Shown: in pieces, positions 47,052 to 48,419 of the stretch
Numbering within the stretch: the first letter of the stretch is position 1
Layout: each line of letters begins with the position of its first letter
Assembly: GCA_965261975.1 (NCBI GenBank)
Contig: CBDHEC010000016.1
Span: forward strand, 1 to 48,419
Direction: 5' to 3'
Length of the DNA stretch: 48,419 nucleotides
DNA from: Alphaproteobacteria bacterium
Lineage (GTDB): Bacteria; Pseudomonadota; Alphaproteobacteria; UBA6615
The notes under the pieces: model-generated
What the model saw: the letters and a program-made list of their open reading frames with translations, nothing else
Told to the model about the DNA's origin: nothing
Database searches by the model: none
Made by a program: the position numbers and the translations under genes

Positions 47052-47866
47052 TGGGCGATGATCGCGTATCCGACAGCGAACTCAACGCCCTCGTTGATGA
47101 CGAGCTGGACCCCGCGCGTCAGGCCGAAGTCGAGGCCTGGCTGGCCGACAATCCGGAAGCCGCACGGCGTGTGGCGCGATACCGGGCGCAAAGCGCGGGG
47201 CTGCACGCCCTGTATGACGATATTCTGAACGAGGATCTGCCGGCCAGTACGGCGGCATTGCTCGATGTCCGGCGCGCCGGCGTGCCGGCCTGGGCCACGA
47301 TGGCGGCCGCGATTACCCTGTTCGTGGTTGGTGCCGCGGGGGGGTGGATCGTTCGCGGCGAGGGTGTTCCCGACGCCGGTGCCCAGTTCGCGGCCGCATC
47401 CACGAGCGCGCCTGTGACGACCCCGCCCATTGATACCCAGGTGCTGATGCAGCGTGCCTCGATGGCGCATGTGGTGAGCCACCAGGATGAACTCCGCACG
47501 CCCGCGGTCGGCGGACCCGCGGCCATGGCGGACTATATTGCCGACCGGATGGGAAAGCAGGTGCGCGTACCCAGCCTGGACTCGTTCGGGTACCGGATGC
47601 TCGGCGGGCGCGTGTTGCCCGATACGGACGGGCCGGCAGCCCAGTTCGTTTTCTCGGATGAGAACGGACAGAAGGTATCGCTCTACGTCCGCAGCGAACC
47701 GGCCAATGGGGTGGATATCACCTATGCACTGGCCGATGACCTGTCGATGTTCTACTGGAACGATTCCGATCGCTCCTATGCGTTGGTGGCGCGGATGGAT
47801 GACGATGCGGGGCGTGAAGCCTTGCTCACCGCTGCAAAAGCGGTCCATCGGCAACTTAGCCAGTAG
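47051..47866 (+). CDS. Transmembrane anti-sigma factor
   Basis: LNALVDDELDP..VEAWLA, TM helix, PSLDSFGYRMLGGRVLP. Confidence 0.88.
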   Translation: MGDDRVSDSELNALVDDELDPARQAEVEAWLADNPEAARRVARYRAQSAGLHALYDDILNEDLPASTAALLDVRRAGVPAWATMAAAITLFVVGAAGGWIVRGEGVPDAGAQFAAASTSAPVTTPPIDTQVLMQRASMAHVVSHQDELRTPAVGGPAAMADYIADRMGKQVRVPSLDSFGYRMLGGRVLPDTDGPAAQFVFSDENGQKVSLYVRSEPANGVDITYALADDLSMFYWNDSDRSYALVARMDDDAGREALLTAAKAVHRQLSQ

Positions 47867-48073
47867 AACTTCGCCGTCACCGGCCTTTCCGGGCCGTTTC
47901 GCGGCTTTTCCACTTTTCAACAGATCGTCATGGTCTGAACGGTTCAGCCTCTTTACAGAGCCGTCCGTTCGCAGCATACAGAGGCTCGCGATCGGCCATG
48001 CCAAATTCGTAATCATCGAAACCGGCACGGTCGGCTGATCCAATTTGATAATCACCGATACAAAGAGGCGAAA

Positions 48074-48419
48074 ATGATCGATCTCATGTCCATTGCGCGA
48101 ACCGAAGCCGACGGCGGCGATCTGTTCGGAACCCTGCAGGGGCTTTATGAGCCGAGCGATGTACGCCCTGAGGGCTTTCCCGACGCGGTGGTCTGGCAGG
48201 GTGGCAGTTTTGACACGGGCGTGAACCCGGTCGGCCACTCGATGACCGACGCCTATGCGCTGCTCGGCACGATCGCAGCCATCGATATTCTTGGCCTGCC
48301 GTTCTATGCGGTGCCGATGTGGTCCCAGTATCGACATGACACGAAACTCGAATGCCTGGGCTGGTTCGGTAACCTGCCGGCCACCTCGATCAAATGGTCG
48401 ACCGCTGGTGATGCCTATG
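48074..48419 (+). CDS. Hypothetical protein, 5' part (runs off the window)
   Basis: GAGG RBS, ATG at 48074, open frame to the window end (MIDLMSIARTEADGGDLFG...). Confidence 0.6.
   Translation, partial: MIDLMSIARTEADGGDLFGTLQGLYEPSDVRPEGFPDAVVWQGGSFDTGVNPVGHSMTDAYALLGTIAAIDILGLPFYAVPMWSQYRHDTKLECLGWFGNLPATSIKWSTAGDAY

Overview
GC-rich alphaproteobacterial chromosome segment (Rhodospirillales-like gene order; taxon is inference). From left to right: tungstate ABC transporter tupABC, fdhD, mobA and a two-subunit NAD-dependent formate dehydrogenase; a promoter-to-terminator, GGA-rich structured sRNA candidate (about 5332-5557); dksA and a small catabolic cluster; a flagellar gene cluster that appears to be decaying; then recA, alaS, a MoxR/vWA pair and an ECF sigma/anti-sigma pair with a nonsense codon in the sigma gene. 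In the flagellar cluster fliX, flgH and a TPR gene are 5'-truncated at sharp junctions and cckA is frameshifted, while fliOP, flgBC, fliEQR and flhB are full length. The main discovery is an 11.1-kb phage-satellite-like integrative element (22171-33316). It carries a tyrosine integrase, an AlpA/Xis-like HTH protein, a Prim-Pol/helicase, an iteron-like origin, a putative packaging region, unknown helical proteins and a low-GC cargo region, with no recognisable capsid or terminase. It is bounded by an exact 16-bp direct repeat that overlaps a TTAA-N7-TTAA CtrA-type box upstream of the fliOP genes rather than a tRNA, and it has arm-type repeats and an IHF consensus site. The first ~500 bp contain several indels, so single frameshifts elsewhere may be sequencing errors. 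All product calls come from motif recognition by eye; no searches were run.
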